Below are positions 29,824-40,447 of a DNA stretch of 64,000 nt, in pieces. The position numbers were made by a program, and so were the translations under genes. The DNA is from Myxococcota bacterium. Lineage in GTDB: Bacteria; Myxococcota_A; Polyangia; Nannocystales; Nannocystaceae. Position 1 is the stretch's first letter. Each line of letters opens with the position of its first letter. The notes beneath the pieces were generated by a model, which saw nothing but the letters and a program-made list of their open reading frames with translations, did not search any database and was not told where the DNA came from. The stretch is from the NCBI GenBank assembly GCA_039028615.1, contig JBCCHT010000001.1:288001-352000 (forward strand), in the 5' to 3' direction.

Positions 29824-30681
29824 GTGAACGTTCCCCATCTCTGTGCTCGGACCCCCCTACTCGCTCTCTGCCTGCTGACGCTGGCCTGTGACAGCGGCGG
29901 CAAGAAGGAAGACGCGGCCAAGAAAGACGAGAAGAAGGCCGAGGCCAAGGACGAAAAGGCCGAGAAGAAAGAAGCGAAGAAGGCCAAGCCGAGCAACCTC
30001 CGCGCGGACGGGACGCCCAAGAAGTACCGCCGCGGGCAACGTGCGCCCGAGGGCATGGACGCGCAGGAGATGAAGAACTTCGCCGAGGACGTGGGCGACC
30101 CGACGCTGGGCGACTTCACGCTCGAAAAAGCGTTCGAGGGCGACGCGACGCTGGCCGACAAATCCAAGGGCACGCTCACCGCGACGCTGGATACGGACAA
30201 GGGCAGCTTCGAGTGCACGCTGCTCGAGGACGAGGCCCCGATCTCGGTGGCGAACTTCGTGGGGCTGGCCCGAGGCACGCGTCCGACGTGGAGCAAGGAC
30301 AAGAACGAGTGGGTCAAGGTCAAGCTCTACGACGGGGTCATCTTCCATCGCGTGATGGCGGGCTTCATGGTGCAGACCGGTGACGGCAGCACCGCGGGAC
30401 ACGGCAACAACCCCGGCTACGTGATCCCCGACGAGTTCGGACAGAAGCACGGCAAGGCGGGGGCGCTGTCGATGGCCAACCGCGAGAAGCCGGGCACGGG
30501 CGCGACGCAGTTCTTCGTGACGGTGAAGCCGACGCCCCACCTCGACGGCAAGCACTCGGTGTTCGGCCGCTGCGATCCGAAGGTGGCGATCGAGATCAGC
30601 AAGGTGAAGGTCAACAAGAGCCGCAACAACCGGCCCTACGAGCAGGTCAAGCTCAACTCGGTGACCATCTCCCGCAAGTAG
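29824..30681 (+). CDS. Cyclophilin-type peptidyl-prolyl isomerase (lipoprotein)
   Basis: AGGAGG RBS; FHRV..FMVQTGD, SMAN, QFFVT, LDGKHSVFG. Confidence 0.92.
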   Translation: MNVPHLCARTPLLALCLLTLACDSGGKKEDAAKKDEKKAEAKDEKAEKKEAKKAKPSNLRADGTPKKYRRGQRAPEGMDAQEMKNFAEDVGDPTLGDFTLEKAFEGDATLADKSKGTLTATLDTDKGSFECTLLEDEAPISVANFVGLARGTRPTWSKDKNEWVKVKLYDGVIFHRVMAGFMVQTGDGSTAGHGNNPGYVIPDEFGQKHGKAGALSMANREKPGTGATQFFVTVKPTPHLDGKHSVFGRCDPKVAIEISKVKVNKSRNNRPYEQVKLNSVTISRK

Positions 30682-30741
30682 CCGTCGCGGCCATCCGCAC
30701 CCGCTCGGGCACGGGCGGGCGCACCATCGACTCGCGCCGAC

Positions 30742-32919
30742 TCAGCGGGCGATGCCGACGACGCGCCAGCGTCCGAACTTCTTCTCGAGGATGAGCACCA
30801 TGTACTCTCCTCCGATCTTGCTGAGCCCGTAGACCCGCGCGTCGCCTTCCTGCACGCCCGCGGGTACGCTGCCGAAGACCTTCCGCAGGCCCGACGCAGT
30901 GTGAATCTTGGCGGGCGTGGGCTTGCCCGTGCCCTTGGCCTCGTCGGCCATGACCTGGAGGATCTCGGCGAGCTCGGCCCGGGTGCGGGCGACGATGCGC
31001 TCGCCGGAGAAGAAGGGCAGCGAGGAGCGAGCGGCGAGCTTGTCGGCCTTGCCCTCGTGCAGCAGCTTCATCCACTCGCGGGCGGCTCGGCGGGCCAAGG
31101 GATCCTTGGCGAGGTCTTCGGCGGCCGGCTGCAGCTCGACGGGCGGTGGCTCGGGCTGCACGACCTTGTGCTCCGGCTCTTTGCCCGTGTGCGGCCGTGG
31201 CGTGCCCCCTCGCGGGTTTGTGGGCACGGCGGAGGGCGGCACCTTCTTGCCGCTGGTGGGCGGCGGAGAGGGGCCGTCAGGCACGTCGGGCGCAGGGTTG
31301 CGCTTGGCCGCGGGTGGCGAGCCGGAGGGCGGTCGGCGGGCGAGCCGCTGGCCATCGCCGCGGCCTCCCCCCCCGCGCGGTCGAACCGCAATGCCCGGAT
31401 CGGGTCGCTCGCCGTGCCCGGCGTTGTCGAGAATGAAGGGCCGCGCGCCGTAGGTGCCACACGCTCGCTCGTCGCGGTGGAAGGCCCAGTGCATGTAGAT
31501 CTTGCCGTTGCCGCTACGAATCTCTCGTGGCGGGTTCGGGAAGGGCCCGGTGGAGTGCACGATTTCGCGAGCGGCCCCGTCGAAGGCGGTATTGCCCGAG
31601 TAGCGAACGGTGGTGACCTTGTCGATGCGCCCGTCGGAGTCGAGCACGATCTCGACCCGGGTCCATAGCTCGTAGTTGTTGAGCGCGTGGTTGCGGCCCC
31701 GCGTGTCGAGCTGCTCCAAAAAGCCCCACGCCCACGCCTCGTGGATCTTGCGGTGCATCTTGGCGATGTAGCGAGCAAAGGGGTGCTTGCGAGAGCGCAG
31801 GGCGGTCTGGTTGCCGACCTTGACCTCGGGGACCATGTTCTCGAGCGGCGATTGCCAGGCCGCCCGGGCGTCCTCCCAGACGCCCTTCTTCTTGCTCTGC
31901 TTTTGCGCCTCGAGACGCTTTTGCGCGTCGACGGTCTTGCCGAAGACGGCGTCGAGGTCTTTGTGGCTCAGCTTGAAGCGATAGACCTTGTCGCGACTCT
32001 CGACCCGAGCCTGCTGCTCTTGCGGAGCGAGGCTCGACTGATGCTCTTGATCGGCTTGGAGGTGGCCGTCGGCGGCGTCGCTGGCCAGAGCCTCGTGGGC
32101 CTCCTGCGCCATCTTGTGCTCGCGATACTCGAGCTCGCGCATGGCCAGCAGGCTCTTGGTGCGCTCGTCGTCCTGCTGCGGCCGCTGGTTGACCTCGCTG
32201 GGCTTGGTGTCGGGCGCCTCGCGGGCGAGCTTGCTCTCCCGGTCCTGGTCCTGGGCAATGACCGTCTCGCTGGCAGTCCCGACCTCCGGGTCTTGGCTGG
32301 CCTCTTGCTGTGAGGCCTTGGTCTCGATGGAGTCTTGGTCGAGGTTGGTGACCTCGGCCCGCGTCTGCTCCTGGACGTCGCGGTTGATGTTCGACAGGTA
32401 GTCGACGTCTTCGGGCGCGTCGTCCTCGTCGAGCACGTCGGGTTGCTCGACCATCTTGAGCGCCTCGAGCACGAAGTCGGGCGGGTTCTGCTGCTCGGGT
32501 TCCGGCTCGGGCTCGGGTTCCGGCTCGGGCTCGGGGTCCGGCTCGGGCTCGGGTTCCGGCTCGGGCTCGGGTTCCGGCTCCTTTTCTTTCTTCTTTTTCT
32601 TTTTCTTCTTCTCGGGCTCGGGCTTGACCGACTCGGGCTCCGGCTTCGGCTCGTCCTCGGGGGGCGGCGGCGGCTTGGGCCGCTCGGGATCGTCCCGCAG
32701 GTCGAGGTAGGTGACCTCTTCGACTTCTGGAGCCGGCTCGGCCTCCATCAGCACGCCGATGCCGTAGAAGCCAGCCACATTGATCGCCGCCGAGACGAGC
32801 ACGCACGAAGCGAGCACGACGATCGAGCGGCGACGGCGCACGGTCACCCGATAAGGGTAGCCGACCCCCTGGGCCGTCACCAACGCCCGGGGATGACCGC
32901 CGTGTAAAGGCTCCGTCAT
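30742..32919 (-). CDS. TonB C-terminal-domain protein (start may be 32847)
   Basis: N-terminal TM, (EP)n linker, SGNTAFD.AA...GPFPNPP. Confidence 0.8.
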   Translation of the reverse strand: MTEPLHGGHPRALVTAQGVGYPYRVTVRRRRSIVVLASCVLVSAAINVAGFYGIGVLMEAEPAPEVEEVTYLDLRDDPERPKPPPPPEDEPKPEPESVKPEPEKKKKKKKKEKEPEPEPEPEPEPEPDPEPEPEPEPEPEPEQQNPPDFVLEALKMVEQPDVLDEDDAPEDVDYLSNINRDVQEQTRAEVTNLDQDSIETKASQQEASQDPEVGTASETVIAQDQDRESKLAREAPDTKPSEVNQRPQQDDERTKSLLAMRELEYREHKMAQEAHEALASDAADGHLQADQEHQSSLAPQEQQARVESRDKVYRFKLSHKDLDAVFGKTVDAQKRLEAQKQSKKKGVWEDARAAWQSPLENMVPEVKVGNQTALRSRKHPFARYIAKMHRKIHEAWAWGFLEQLDTRGRNHALNNYELWTRVEIVLDSDGRIDKVTTVRYSGNTAFDGAAREIVHSTGPFPNPPREIRSGNGKIYMHWAFHRDERACGTYGARPFILDNAGHGERPDPGIAVRPRGGGGRGDGQRLARRPPSGSPPAAKRNPAPDVPDGPSPPPTSGKKVPPSAVPTNPRGGTPRPHTGKEPEHKVVQPEPPPVELQPAAEDLAKDPLARRAAREWMKLLHEGKADKLAARSSLPFFSGERIVARTRAELAEILQVMADEAKGTGKPTPAKIHTASGLRKVFGSVPAGVQEGDARVYGLSKIGGEYMVLILEKKFGRWRVVGIAR
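32495..32580 (-). repeat. Coding hexamer repeat (Glu-Pro)n
   Basis: GGCTCG/GGTTCC iterations. Confidence 0.85.
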
Positions 32920-33043
32920 GGAGCCGTCCCCAACGTACGAAGGACGGCGCAGGGTTCGTCGTGCGCAAACGGCCGCCCTCCCCGACGGAGGTGCGGCCGT
33001 TGGTCATCGTCCCGGCGGGACGAATCGGGAGTCGTCGAGACGA

Positions 33044-33706
33044 TCAGTGCAAGCGGCGATAGACGCCGACGACCTTGCCGAGCACATCGACGGCGCGGAA
33101 CTCGTCGCGGTGCACGTAGATCGGGTTGAGGGTCGCGTTGGCTGGCTCCAGCCGGATGCGATCACCCTCGTGATAGAAGCGCTTGCAGGTCGCTTCGCCG
33201 TCGATCATGACGACGACGATCTCGCCTTCGTTCGCGGTGCTCTGCTTGCGGACGAAGATGTAGTCGCCGTCGAAGATGCCGGCCTCGATCATGCTCTCGC
33301 CGCGGACGACGAGACCGAAGACCTCCTTGGCCTTCACCGCGCCCAGGAAGTAGCGGTCGACCACGACGCGGTCGACCACGTTCTCCTCGGCGAGGATGGG
33401 CTCACCAGCAGCCACGCGACCCAAGATGGCGATTTCCATCTCTTCGCCCCGCTTGTTGTCGGTGGACTCCGACGAGGTCTTGGGCTGGTCGAAGTCGACC
33501 GGTCGCAGGGCGCGGCTCTTGAGCTCCTCGCGGATGAGGTAGCCCTTGCGCTCGAGCGCCTTGAGGTGGTCGTTGACGCCATTGGTGGACCGAATGCCCA
33601 TGTGCTCGCCGATCTCGCGTAGAGTCGGCGGATAGCCACGGTCAGAGAGACAGTCGGAAATGAATTGCAGCGCTTGCCGTTGCCGTTGGGTGAGGGCCGG
33701 TCGCAC
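33044..33706 (-). CDS. lexA: SOS repressor LexA
   Basis: [14 protein letters not shown] cleavage site, GESM, TCKR; AAGGAG RBS. Confidence 0.96.
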   Translation of the reverse strand: MRPALTQRQRQALQFISDCLSDRGYPPTLREIGEHMGIRSTNGVNDHLKALERKGYLIREELKSRALRPVDFDQPKTSSESTDNKRGEEMEIAILGRVAAGEPILAEENVVDRVVVDRYFLGAVKAKEVFGLVVRGESMIEAGIFDGDYIFVRKQSTANEGEIVVVMIDGEATCKRFYHEGDRIRLEPANATLNPIYVHRDEFRAVDVLGKVVGVYRRLH

Positions 33707-33847
33707 GAGCGATCTCCTTGGTCGACGGGGGTGAACCGAGATCTCCGGGGTGAGGGAGATCGGACGCCGAGGCGCCACGGGAGCCAAAGGGGGGTGAGCG
33801 GGCGTACCGCCCACACGAACGTTCAGTTAGCGCACAGGGCGCCCTGC

Positions 33848-33864
33848 ACTGAACACGTGTACTG
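33848..33864 (-). promoter_or_regulatory. Myxococcus-type LexA box upstream of lexA
   Basis: CAGTACACGTGTTCAGT matches the M. xanthus consensus CTRHAMRYBYGTTCAGS at 15 of 17 positions; overlaps the -10 region of a TTGACC promoter. Confidence 0.7.
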
Positions 33865-34030
33865 CAATACTGCACCATTGGTCAAGGTTCGCCAAAAAAG
33901 TCGCAACATTGAGGCCCGCGAACGGCTCGACGCACCCGCGGTCGGCCCCTCGCGGAATGAACGGCGGCCGCTCGCGTGTCATGATCCCAGTGGCTGCGGC
34001 TCATTGCAGCCCCACGGAGACAGGAAGTTC

Positions 34031-34243
34031 ATGCCGCTCATCCTCCGCGCCATCATCACTGGCTTTGGCTACAAGCTCGGCGCCGAACTGGGTCGCTACG
34101 CGGCCACTCGCATCGGGCTCATCGAAAAGCCTCAGGCTCAGAAAGAAGAAGCGGCCGAAGATCTGCCCGACGGGATGCCGATGAATCCCGACGACGTCGG
34201 AGCCAACAAGAAGCGCCGCCGCGACGAAGAAGAGCCCAACTAG
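34031..34243 (+). CDS. Small hypothetical protein
   Basis: AGGA RBS; MPLILRAIITGFGYKLG. Confidence 0.6.
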   Translation: MPLILRAIITGFGYKLGAELGRYAATRIGLIEKPQAQKEEAAEDLPDGMPMNPDDVGANKKRRRDEEEPN

Positions 34244-34300
34244 GGCCTTCACCTCGCGACGTGAAAAGAGCCCCCCTGTCCTGCCGCGAGGACGCGGGCG

Positions 34301-34699
34301 TCAGGGCTGCGGCTCTTCGTTGCTCTCGGGCTGGTCCGGCTCGTCGTCACCATCGCGCCGAATCTTGGCGATCTGCTTGGTGATCTCGGGCTGCGCCGGG
34401 CCGTCGCCGTTGCGCGAGAACTTCACCTGCATGCTGACGTCGATGGTCAGGCCCGCGATGACCTGCTGAAGCAGGTCGGCCACGTCCATTCCATCGAGGA
34501 AGCTCCGCGTCTCGGCCGATACGAGGCGAACGAGCTCGTCCTTGGTCGCCTGGGTGACTCCGGTGACCAGCCCCTGCCCCTTACGTAGAGCGGACTCGGG
34601 GTCGAGCAAGCCCGTGAGCTGCTCACCCAATCGGGAGAAGCGGCGCCGCTGCTCACGGCTGTCTTCGCTCCCCCGCGGATCGCCTTCGTCGTCCTGCAT
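34301..34699 (-). CDS. Hypothetical protein
   Basis: Coherent ORF (TQATKDELVRLVS). Confidence 0.65.
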   Translation of the reverse strand: MQDDEGDPRGSEDSREQRRRFSRLGEQLTGLLDPESALRKGQGLVTGVTQATKDELVRLVSAETRSFLDGMDVADLLQQVIAGLTIDVSMQVKFSRNGDGPAQPEITKQIAKIRRDGDDEPDQPESNEEPQP

Positions 34700-35254
34700 C
34701 GGCCGCGAACCTAGCAGCCTCGAGGGGGGCGCGCTGCACGGCGGCAACATCGCACAACGCGCCGCCCGGCCGCGGATGGGCCCATGATGCCGTCGCGAAG
34801 AAAAGAGGTGCGAAATCTCGTACACACCTGGACTTTTGCGCCCCAGGAGCCCTTTCCAACCGCTTTCGGAATGTGCTAGGCAGCGCCCCGCGTTCTTGAA
34901 CTGTTCCGACCTGGCCTTTTGAGACGTTTTTGGCCAACGGTCCATCCTCCCTTACCATCTCCGCACACTTACCTACATCGAACTACCTTTCGTCCTACCG
35001 ACGCACACGATGTAGACCCGCCGGAGTCCCAGACGGACCCCAAAAACGCCCACTCCCGATCCCAAGGTTCACATTCATGACCGCCTACTACATTGGTAAT
35101 CTCTGCGCCGCTCTCGTGACGGTGGGTCTTCTGGTCGGGACCCTCCGCTTCACTCGGCGCCTGAGCTGAGCCCGCGGCATCAAGAGCGGCCTTCGCGCTC
35201 GCTCTCGTGTCGTCCCGGGGCAAGCCCGCCCCCTCCTGCAGTCGACGGCAGCAC

Positions 35255-36349
35255 GTGTCCGGTCATCGCAAACGCATCACCGGCGCCTTCATCATCCAAG
35301 GCGACAACATCGTGCCGGTCGCGCAGGAGCGACGACCTCGCAGCCGCTTCACGCTTCAGGATCTCCATGAGATCCGCCTGTTGCTTCGCGGCGACTCCCT
35401 CATCGACTGGCACCGCCTCGCCCTGAGTAGCGAGGAGGACGTCAAGCGACTCCTCCGAGTCAACGGCTTCGATCCCAACGACGCCGAGGACATGGTGCGG
35501 CTTGAGAAGCTCCGCGCCGAGGCCGTCCGCTACATCCGCGAGTCCCTCGGGCTTCGCGTCGACCCCGTGGTCGCCAGCGAGCTCCCGGCCATCGCCGTCC
35601 CCGCCCTCGCCTCGGGCCGCAGCAAGCATCAGCGCCATGCCTGCGTGCTGCTCAAGGTGATGCACATCATCTACCACCTCGATGCGCGGGAGCTCCGAAC
35701 CATCCTGCCCATCGCCGACGACGTGTTGTTCTCCGCCGTCGAGCAGAGCGTGGTGGAGCTGTTCGATCAGCTGCGCGAGAGCGGCGTGCCCGTGGTCGAG
35801 TTCGCCTGGTCGCGCAAGGTCAAGAACTCGCTCATCACCAAGCTGCTGGTCAAGCGCGAGTCGAACGCGGCGCGGGTCTTCGATCGCCTGCGCTTCCGCT
35901 TGGTCGTGGAGCGCGAGGCCGACCTGCTGCCCACGCTCAACCTGATGCTGCGGCGGTTCATCCCGTTCAACTACGTGGTGCCGGGTCAGACCGACAACAC
36001 CCTCATCGACTTGGCGCAGATCGAGCGCCGGGTCGCCCGCTCGCGCGACGTCACCATGGACCGGGTCGACGAGCGCGGCCCCGTCAACGAGTTCTCCGGC
36101 CAGAGCTACCGGGTCCTCAACTTCATCGCCGACCTCCCCGTCCGTGTCGACCGCCTGTTGGCCGACACCAAGGACGCCCACCTCGCCCCGCCGGGCAGCG
36201 TGGTGTTCGTGCTCGCCGAGTTCCAGGTCGTCGACCGCAAGCGCGCCGAGACCAACGAAGAGGGCGAGAGCTCGCACTCGCAGTACAAAAAGCGGCAGTA
36301 CCAGCGCGTCCGCGAGCGACTGCTCCGCGCGCCCAAAGACACCGGCTGA
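35255..36349 (+). CDS. TIGR04552-like protein with RelA/SpoT-type nucleotidyltransferase motifs
   Basis: LRGDSLIDW, SRKVKNSLITKL, FDRLRFR, SYRVLN, EFQ. Confidence 0.75.
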   Translation: MSGHRKRITGAFIIQGDNIVPVAQERRPRSRFTLQDLHEIRLLLRGDSLIDWHRLALSSEEDVKRLLRVNGFDPNDAEDMVRLEKLRAEAVRYIRESLGLRVDPVVASELPAIAVPALASGRSKHQRHACVLLKVMHIIYHLDARELRTILPIADDVLFSAVEQSVVELFDQLRESGVPVVEFAWSRKVKNSLITKLLVKRESNAARVFDRLRFRLVVEREADLLPTLNLMLRRFIPFNYVVPGQTDNTLIDLAQIERRVARSRDVTMDRVDERGPVNEFSGQSYRVLNFIADLPVRVDRLLADTKDAHLAPPGSVVFVLAEFQVVDRKRAETNEEGESSHSQYKKRQYQRVRERLLRAPKDTG

Positions 36350-36353
36350 TCGC

Positions 36354-36770
36354 CTACTCGGCGGCCTCCGACGCGACGACCTCGATGGTCCAGACCACGC
36401 GGGCGCGGTGCGGTCGGCAGCGCTGCTCGTCGCAGCTGACGTACTCGACCATGCCTTCGACCTCGTAGAGGCCGGGATGCTCGGGGGCGACGAATCGCGC
36501 CCGCACGCGTAGCTGCTGGGCCTGGGCGTCGACCACGTCGCGAAACCCGAGGCGGTTGTCGAGCACGGTCACCGCCGACGATTCCAGGCGCACGAGCAGC
36601 GATTGCCCCGGCGGGACCTCGTCGAGGATGGTGACCGACAGCTCGCCGCGAGCCCCGGGCTCGACGGGCGGGACGGGGCTTTGCTGCACGCGGCCGTCGT
36701 AGCCGAAGCCCATGCGCTGCGCCGCCAACAGGGCCCCGAACGCGCGGGCGATGGCGGCGGGGCCGAGCAT
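36354..36770 (-). CDS. DsbD N-domain-like exported protein
   Basis: EYVSCDEQRC. Confidence 0.55.
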   Translation of the reverse strand: MLGPAAIARAFGALLAAQRMGFGYDGRVQQSPVPPVEPGARGELSVTILDEVPPGQSLLVRLESSAVTVLDNRLGFRDVVDAQAQQLRVRARFVAPEHPGLYEVEGMVEYVSCDEQRCRPHRARVVWTIEVVASEAAE

Positions 36771-36803
36771 CCCGGGATGATAGCCGAAGCTTCGCCGATG
36801 GCG

Positions 36804-39008
36804 TCAGCTGGCGTCGGACCAGCGACGGACGCAGTTGCGGCCGTGCTCCTTGCACCAGTACAGCGACTGGTCGGAGCGCTCGAGCAGCTCGTTGCGATCG
36901 TTGCCGTCGGCGGGGAACTCGGCCACGCCCATGGAGATGGTGACCTTGAAGCTGCCGTGCTCGGAGTTCATCGTCATCTCGCTGATCTCCTTGCGCAGCT
37001 CGTTGGCGAAGTGCTCCGCGCCGCGGCCGTCGGTGTCGGGGAGCACGAGCACGAACTCCTCGCCGCCGTAGCGAGCCACGATGTCGACGCGGCGGGAGCG
37101 ACCGCCGAACACGGCGGCCACACGGCGCAGGACCTCGTCGCCCACGGGGTGGCCGTAGGTGTCGTTGACGCTCTTGAAGTGATCGATGTCGGTGAGAATG
37201 ACGGCGTACTTCTGACCGGTGCGCTCGGCGAGCGCGTGCAGCTGGTCGAAGCGCTCGGAGAAGGCGCGGCGGTTGGTGAGCCCGGTGAGACCGTCGGTGG
37301 TCGCCCGCTCTTCCATGGACTGGTACATGCGAGCGTTCTGCACGCTGACGCCGACCTGATGGCTGATGACGCGCAGCATCTCGCGGATCTGGGCGGGGTA
37401 ATGCTGGGGCCGGGAGGCGGCCAGGGTGATGGCGCCGAGGACCTGCTCACCGCGCTGCAAGGGCAGGACGAGCAGGCTCTGCGCGCCGCGGAGCCGGGTT
37501 CGCGGGGTAAAGACCACGGTGTCGCCGTCGAGCAGGTCGCCGTTGGCAGGCATGTGGTGGCGATTTTTGATGGCGATGCCGAGCAGCGAACCGTCGCCGG
37601 AAAAGCGCGAGCCCTGGAGGCGCTCGGCCAGCTCCGTCCACGGAGTCGCGCCGTCTTCGGCTCCCTCGGCTACGTCGACGGCGACCACGTTGTGCTCGTG
37701 CCCCTCGTCGTCGGTCCGGGTGATGACCGCCATGTCGTAGCCCGCGATCTTGCGCAGCGCCTCGAAGGTCTTGCGGTGCACGTCCTCGACGGTCAGCGCC
37801 TCGTTGAACAGCTCCGACGCGCGATAGAACTGCTCCTGCTCGTACTTGCTGCGCTCGACCGCGGTGAAGACCCGCTCGTGCTCGACGACCCGCAGGATGT
37901 GGGCCGCCGCCTTGGCGAGCACGGCCTCTTCGTCCTCGGTGAAGGGCTGGTCGCCGATGCGGTCGGCACACAGGACACCGCGCAGGTTGCCGCCATCGAG
38001 CAGGGGCAGCACGCACAGGTCGGTGACCGGCGCGGGACCCTGGTAGTAGGGCGGCACGCGCTTGCCCCCCAGCGCCCGCAGTCGCAGGGGCTTGGGATCG
38101 GCGAGCACGGACGTCAGCAGGCCGGGGCCATCGATGACGCGCGACTGCACGACCAGGTCGCTGTCGGTCGACATCTCCTTGATCGACAGGCGAGGATGGC
38201 GACGCCCCTTGGCGTTGGGATCGGGATCCTCGCACCACAGCAGGGCACAGCTATGCAGGCCCAGGGCCGAGCGCTGCAGGTCCATGTTGTGGAACAGCTG
38301 CTCGTGGATGCCCTCGACCGCGGCGTGAGCCATGCGGAGTTCTTCTTGCTCGCGGCTGCGGGCGCGGCTTTCGGGGGGCAGCGCGGCCGAGATCAGCCGA
38401 AAGTCGCGGGCCTCCTGGCGGATGCGCTCGAGCGTGCTCTCGACCTCACGGTCGTGGCCCTGGCGCAGGCGCCGGACCAGGCTCGACAGCACCAGCAGGT
38501 TGCCCGCCGCGAAGAAGCCGATGAAGGTCAGGTGATAGGCGGGCAAGGCCCAGCCCTCGCGCGCGATGGTCCGCCAGCCCACCAGGCCCTCGAGCGCGAC
38601 CGTGGCCAGCAGCCACACCGCGGCGATGGCCCGATAGCGGTGCACGACCATGAGGAAGGACACCAGCGCGTAGACTAGCGGGTAGAGGAACGAGCGCAGC
38701 TCGCCCGTGGCCGCGATGAGGAAGTAGGTGGCGGTCAGCAGCAGAAGGCCGAGCTCCAGCTCGCCCCAGGCCGTGCCCGAGCCCGCCGCGACGCCGCGCT
38801 GCGGCCACAGCTCACGGGACACGGCCAGCATCAGGGTCAGCCCGAACATGGTGACCACCGCCAGCGGCAGCATCTGTCCCGACCACAGCGCGGGGCCGGA
38901 GACCAGGCCCATGCCCAGCAGCGGCCACAGGCCCAGCAAGACCAGCAGGGCCCATCGCTCGCCCAGCTGGCGGCGCACCAGGAACAGGCGCCGGGCGACT
39001 GCGCTCAC
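36804..39008 (-). CDS. Membrane GAF-GAF diguanylate cyclase
   Basis: TM segments, two GAF-like domains, DIDHFK, RYGGEEF. Confidence 0.92.
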   Translation of the reverse strand: MSAVARRLFLVRRQLGERWALLVLLGLWPLLGMGLVSGPALWSGQMLPLAVVTMFGLTLMLAVSRELWPQRGVAAGSGTAWGELELGLLLLTATYFLIAATGELRSFLYPLVYALVSFLMVVHRYRAIAAVWLLATVALEGLVGWRTIAREGWALPAYHLTFIGFFAAGNLLVLSSLVRRLRQGHDREVESTLERIRQEARDFRLISAALPPESRARSREQEELRMAHAAVEGIHEQLFHNMDLQRSALGLHSCALLWCEDPDPNAKGRRHPRLSIKEMSTDSDLVVQSRVIDGPGLLTSVLADPKPLRLRALGGKRVPPYYQGPAPVTDLCVLPLLDGGNLRGVLCADRIGDQPFTEDEEAVLAKAAAHILRVVEHERVFTAVERSKYEQEQFYRASELFNEALTVEDVHRKTFEALRKIAGYDMAVITRTDDEGHEHNVVAVDVAEGAEDGATPWTELAERLQGSRFSGDGSLLGIAIKNRHHMPANGDLLDGDTVVFTPRTRLRGAQSLLVLPLQRGEQVLGAITLAASRPQHYPAQIREMLRVISHQVGVSVQNARMYQSMEERATTDGLTGLTNRRAFSERFDQLHALAERTGQKYAVILTDIDHFKSVNDTYGHPVGDEVLRRVAAVFGGRSRRVDIVARYGGEEFVLVLPDTDGRGAEHFANELRKEISEMTMNSEHGSFKVTISMGVAEFPADGNDRNELLERSDQSLYWCKEHGRNCVRRWSDAS

Positions 39009-39304
39009 GGCTGTCCTCCGCCGCTGCGCTCCACCTCGAACACCACCTCACCGGGCCGAACCAGGTTGAGGTCTTCGCGGGCGATGCGGGCGACCTCGCG
39101 AGGATCCTGCTTGAGCGCCACGATCTCGGCCCGCATGAGCCGAATCTCCTCTTTGAGCGCCTCGTTGGTGGTGAGGAGCTCCTCGCGCTCACGGGCCACG
39201 CGCTCAAGGTCCTCGGACTGGGCGGTGAGCTCGAGTCGCTCGGGCCAGTAGGCGATGACCCCCGCGACGAGTGCGGCTAGCAGAATGCGGTTGACCCAAT
39301 GCAT
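39005..39304 (-). CDS. ftsB: Septum formation initiator (FtsB/DivIC family)
   Basis: TM segment, coiled coil, IAREDLNLVRPGE. Confidence 0.8.
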   Translation of the reverse strand: MHWVNRILLAALVAGVIAYWPERLELTAQSEDLERVAREREELLTTNEALKEEIRLMRAEIVALKQDPREVARIAREDLNLVRPGEVVFEVERSGGGQP

Positions 39305-39449
39305 CGGCGCGGCGCCAAGCTACCCATCGGCCCCGACCAGACCAAAAAACCCGCCACCCCGAAGCTTGTTTTGTCCTACATTTACACACCCTTATCCCCA
39401 GGCCCCGCGGCCGTAACCTGCCCGCAATGGGCGACGACTTCGCCACGCC

Positions 39450-40133
39450 ATGACCACGCCCGGAAGCGACTCTCCCACCCTCGATTTTTACTGGGGCAGC
39501 GGCAGCCCCTACGCCTGGCGCGCCATGCTCGCACTCGAGCTCAAGGGCCTGACCTACGGGTCCCACCTGCTCGAATTCTCCAAGAAGGAGCACCGCAGCG
39601 AGAAAATGCTGGCCCTCAACCCGCGGGGCAAGGTGCCCGTGCTCGTGCACGGGGAGACGGTCATGTACGAGTCGGTGGCCATCATGGCGTACCTGGACCG
39701 GGCCTTCTCCGAGCCACCGCTGTTCGGCACGACGGCGGCCGAGACGGGCCTGGTGTGGCGGCTGGTGTCGGAGCACGACGGCTACCTGGCGCCGCTGGGG
39801 CTGCGGCTGGCGCGGCCGATCTTCATGGGCAAGGTGGAGGAGAACCGCGAGGACATCGATGCGGCGATCGAGGAACTCAACAAGGAGCTGGGACAACTGA
39901 ACACCCGGCTGGTCTCATCGCCGTGGCTGGCGGGGGAGCGGGTTTCGGCGGCCGATGTGTTCTTTTGGGTGTCGCTGCAGCAGGTGATCCGGGCGGCGGG
40001 GAAGCCGAGCGCGAAGGACCTGAACCTCGGGGTCGATCCTCTGTCCGAGCGGTATCCCGAGCTGGCCGAGTGGAGCGAGCGTTTCGGTGCGCTGCCGGGT
40101 GTCGATCGCACTTGGCCTCCGCACTGGACTTGA
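39450..40133 (+). CDS. Glutathione S-transferase
   Basis: SPYAWR, NPRGKVPVL, ESVAI, SAADV. Confidence 0.92.
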   Translation: MTTPGSDSPTLDFYWGSGSPYAWRAMLALELKGLTYGSHLLEFSKKEHRSEKMLALNPRGKVPVLVHGETVMYESVAIMAYLDRAFSEPPLFGTTAAETGLVWRLVSEHDGYLAPLGLRLARPIFMGKVEENREDIDAAIEELNKELGQLNTRLVSSPWLAGERVSAADVFFWVSLQQVIRAAGKPSAKDLNLGVDPLSERYPELAEWSERFGALPGVDRTWPPHWT

Positions 40134-40157
40134 GCCGTGCTCGTCCTTCGGGTGGGA

Positions 40158-40447
40158 TGGGCCGACCTCGCGCCGCGAACTAGCGGCTGATTTGATGCGG
40201 TCTGCGGGGGCGTCGGGAGGGGGTCACTGCTTGGGCGATGCGTTGGTTTGCTTCGCGTGGGCTTGGTGAGTGTTCGAATGAACGGCTTGCCTGTTTTACG
40301 GCTGGAACCCTCCCCGGACGTGCTCGGCGGCCGAATTAGCCCAGTGGTTCTCGGCGGCTGTCGGCGGCCGCCTCCGCGCGACCGGGCCCCCTCCATCCTA
40401 CGCGGCTTCGCTTCAGCCCTCCCCCGGCGCTGACTCCCGAGCGGGCG
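40158..40447. repeat. Left arm of a long inverted repeat (about 290 bp)
   Basis: Reverse complement of 41323-41600 with few mismatches and one indel. Confidence 0.9.
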
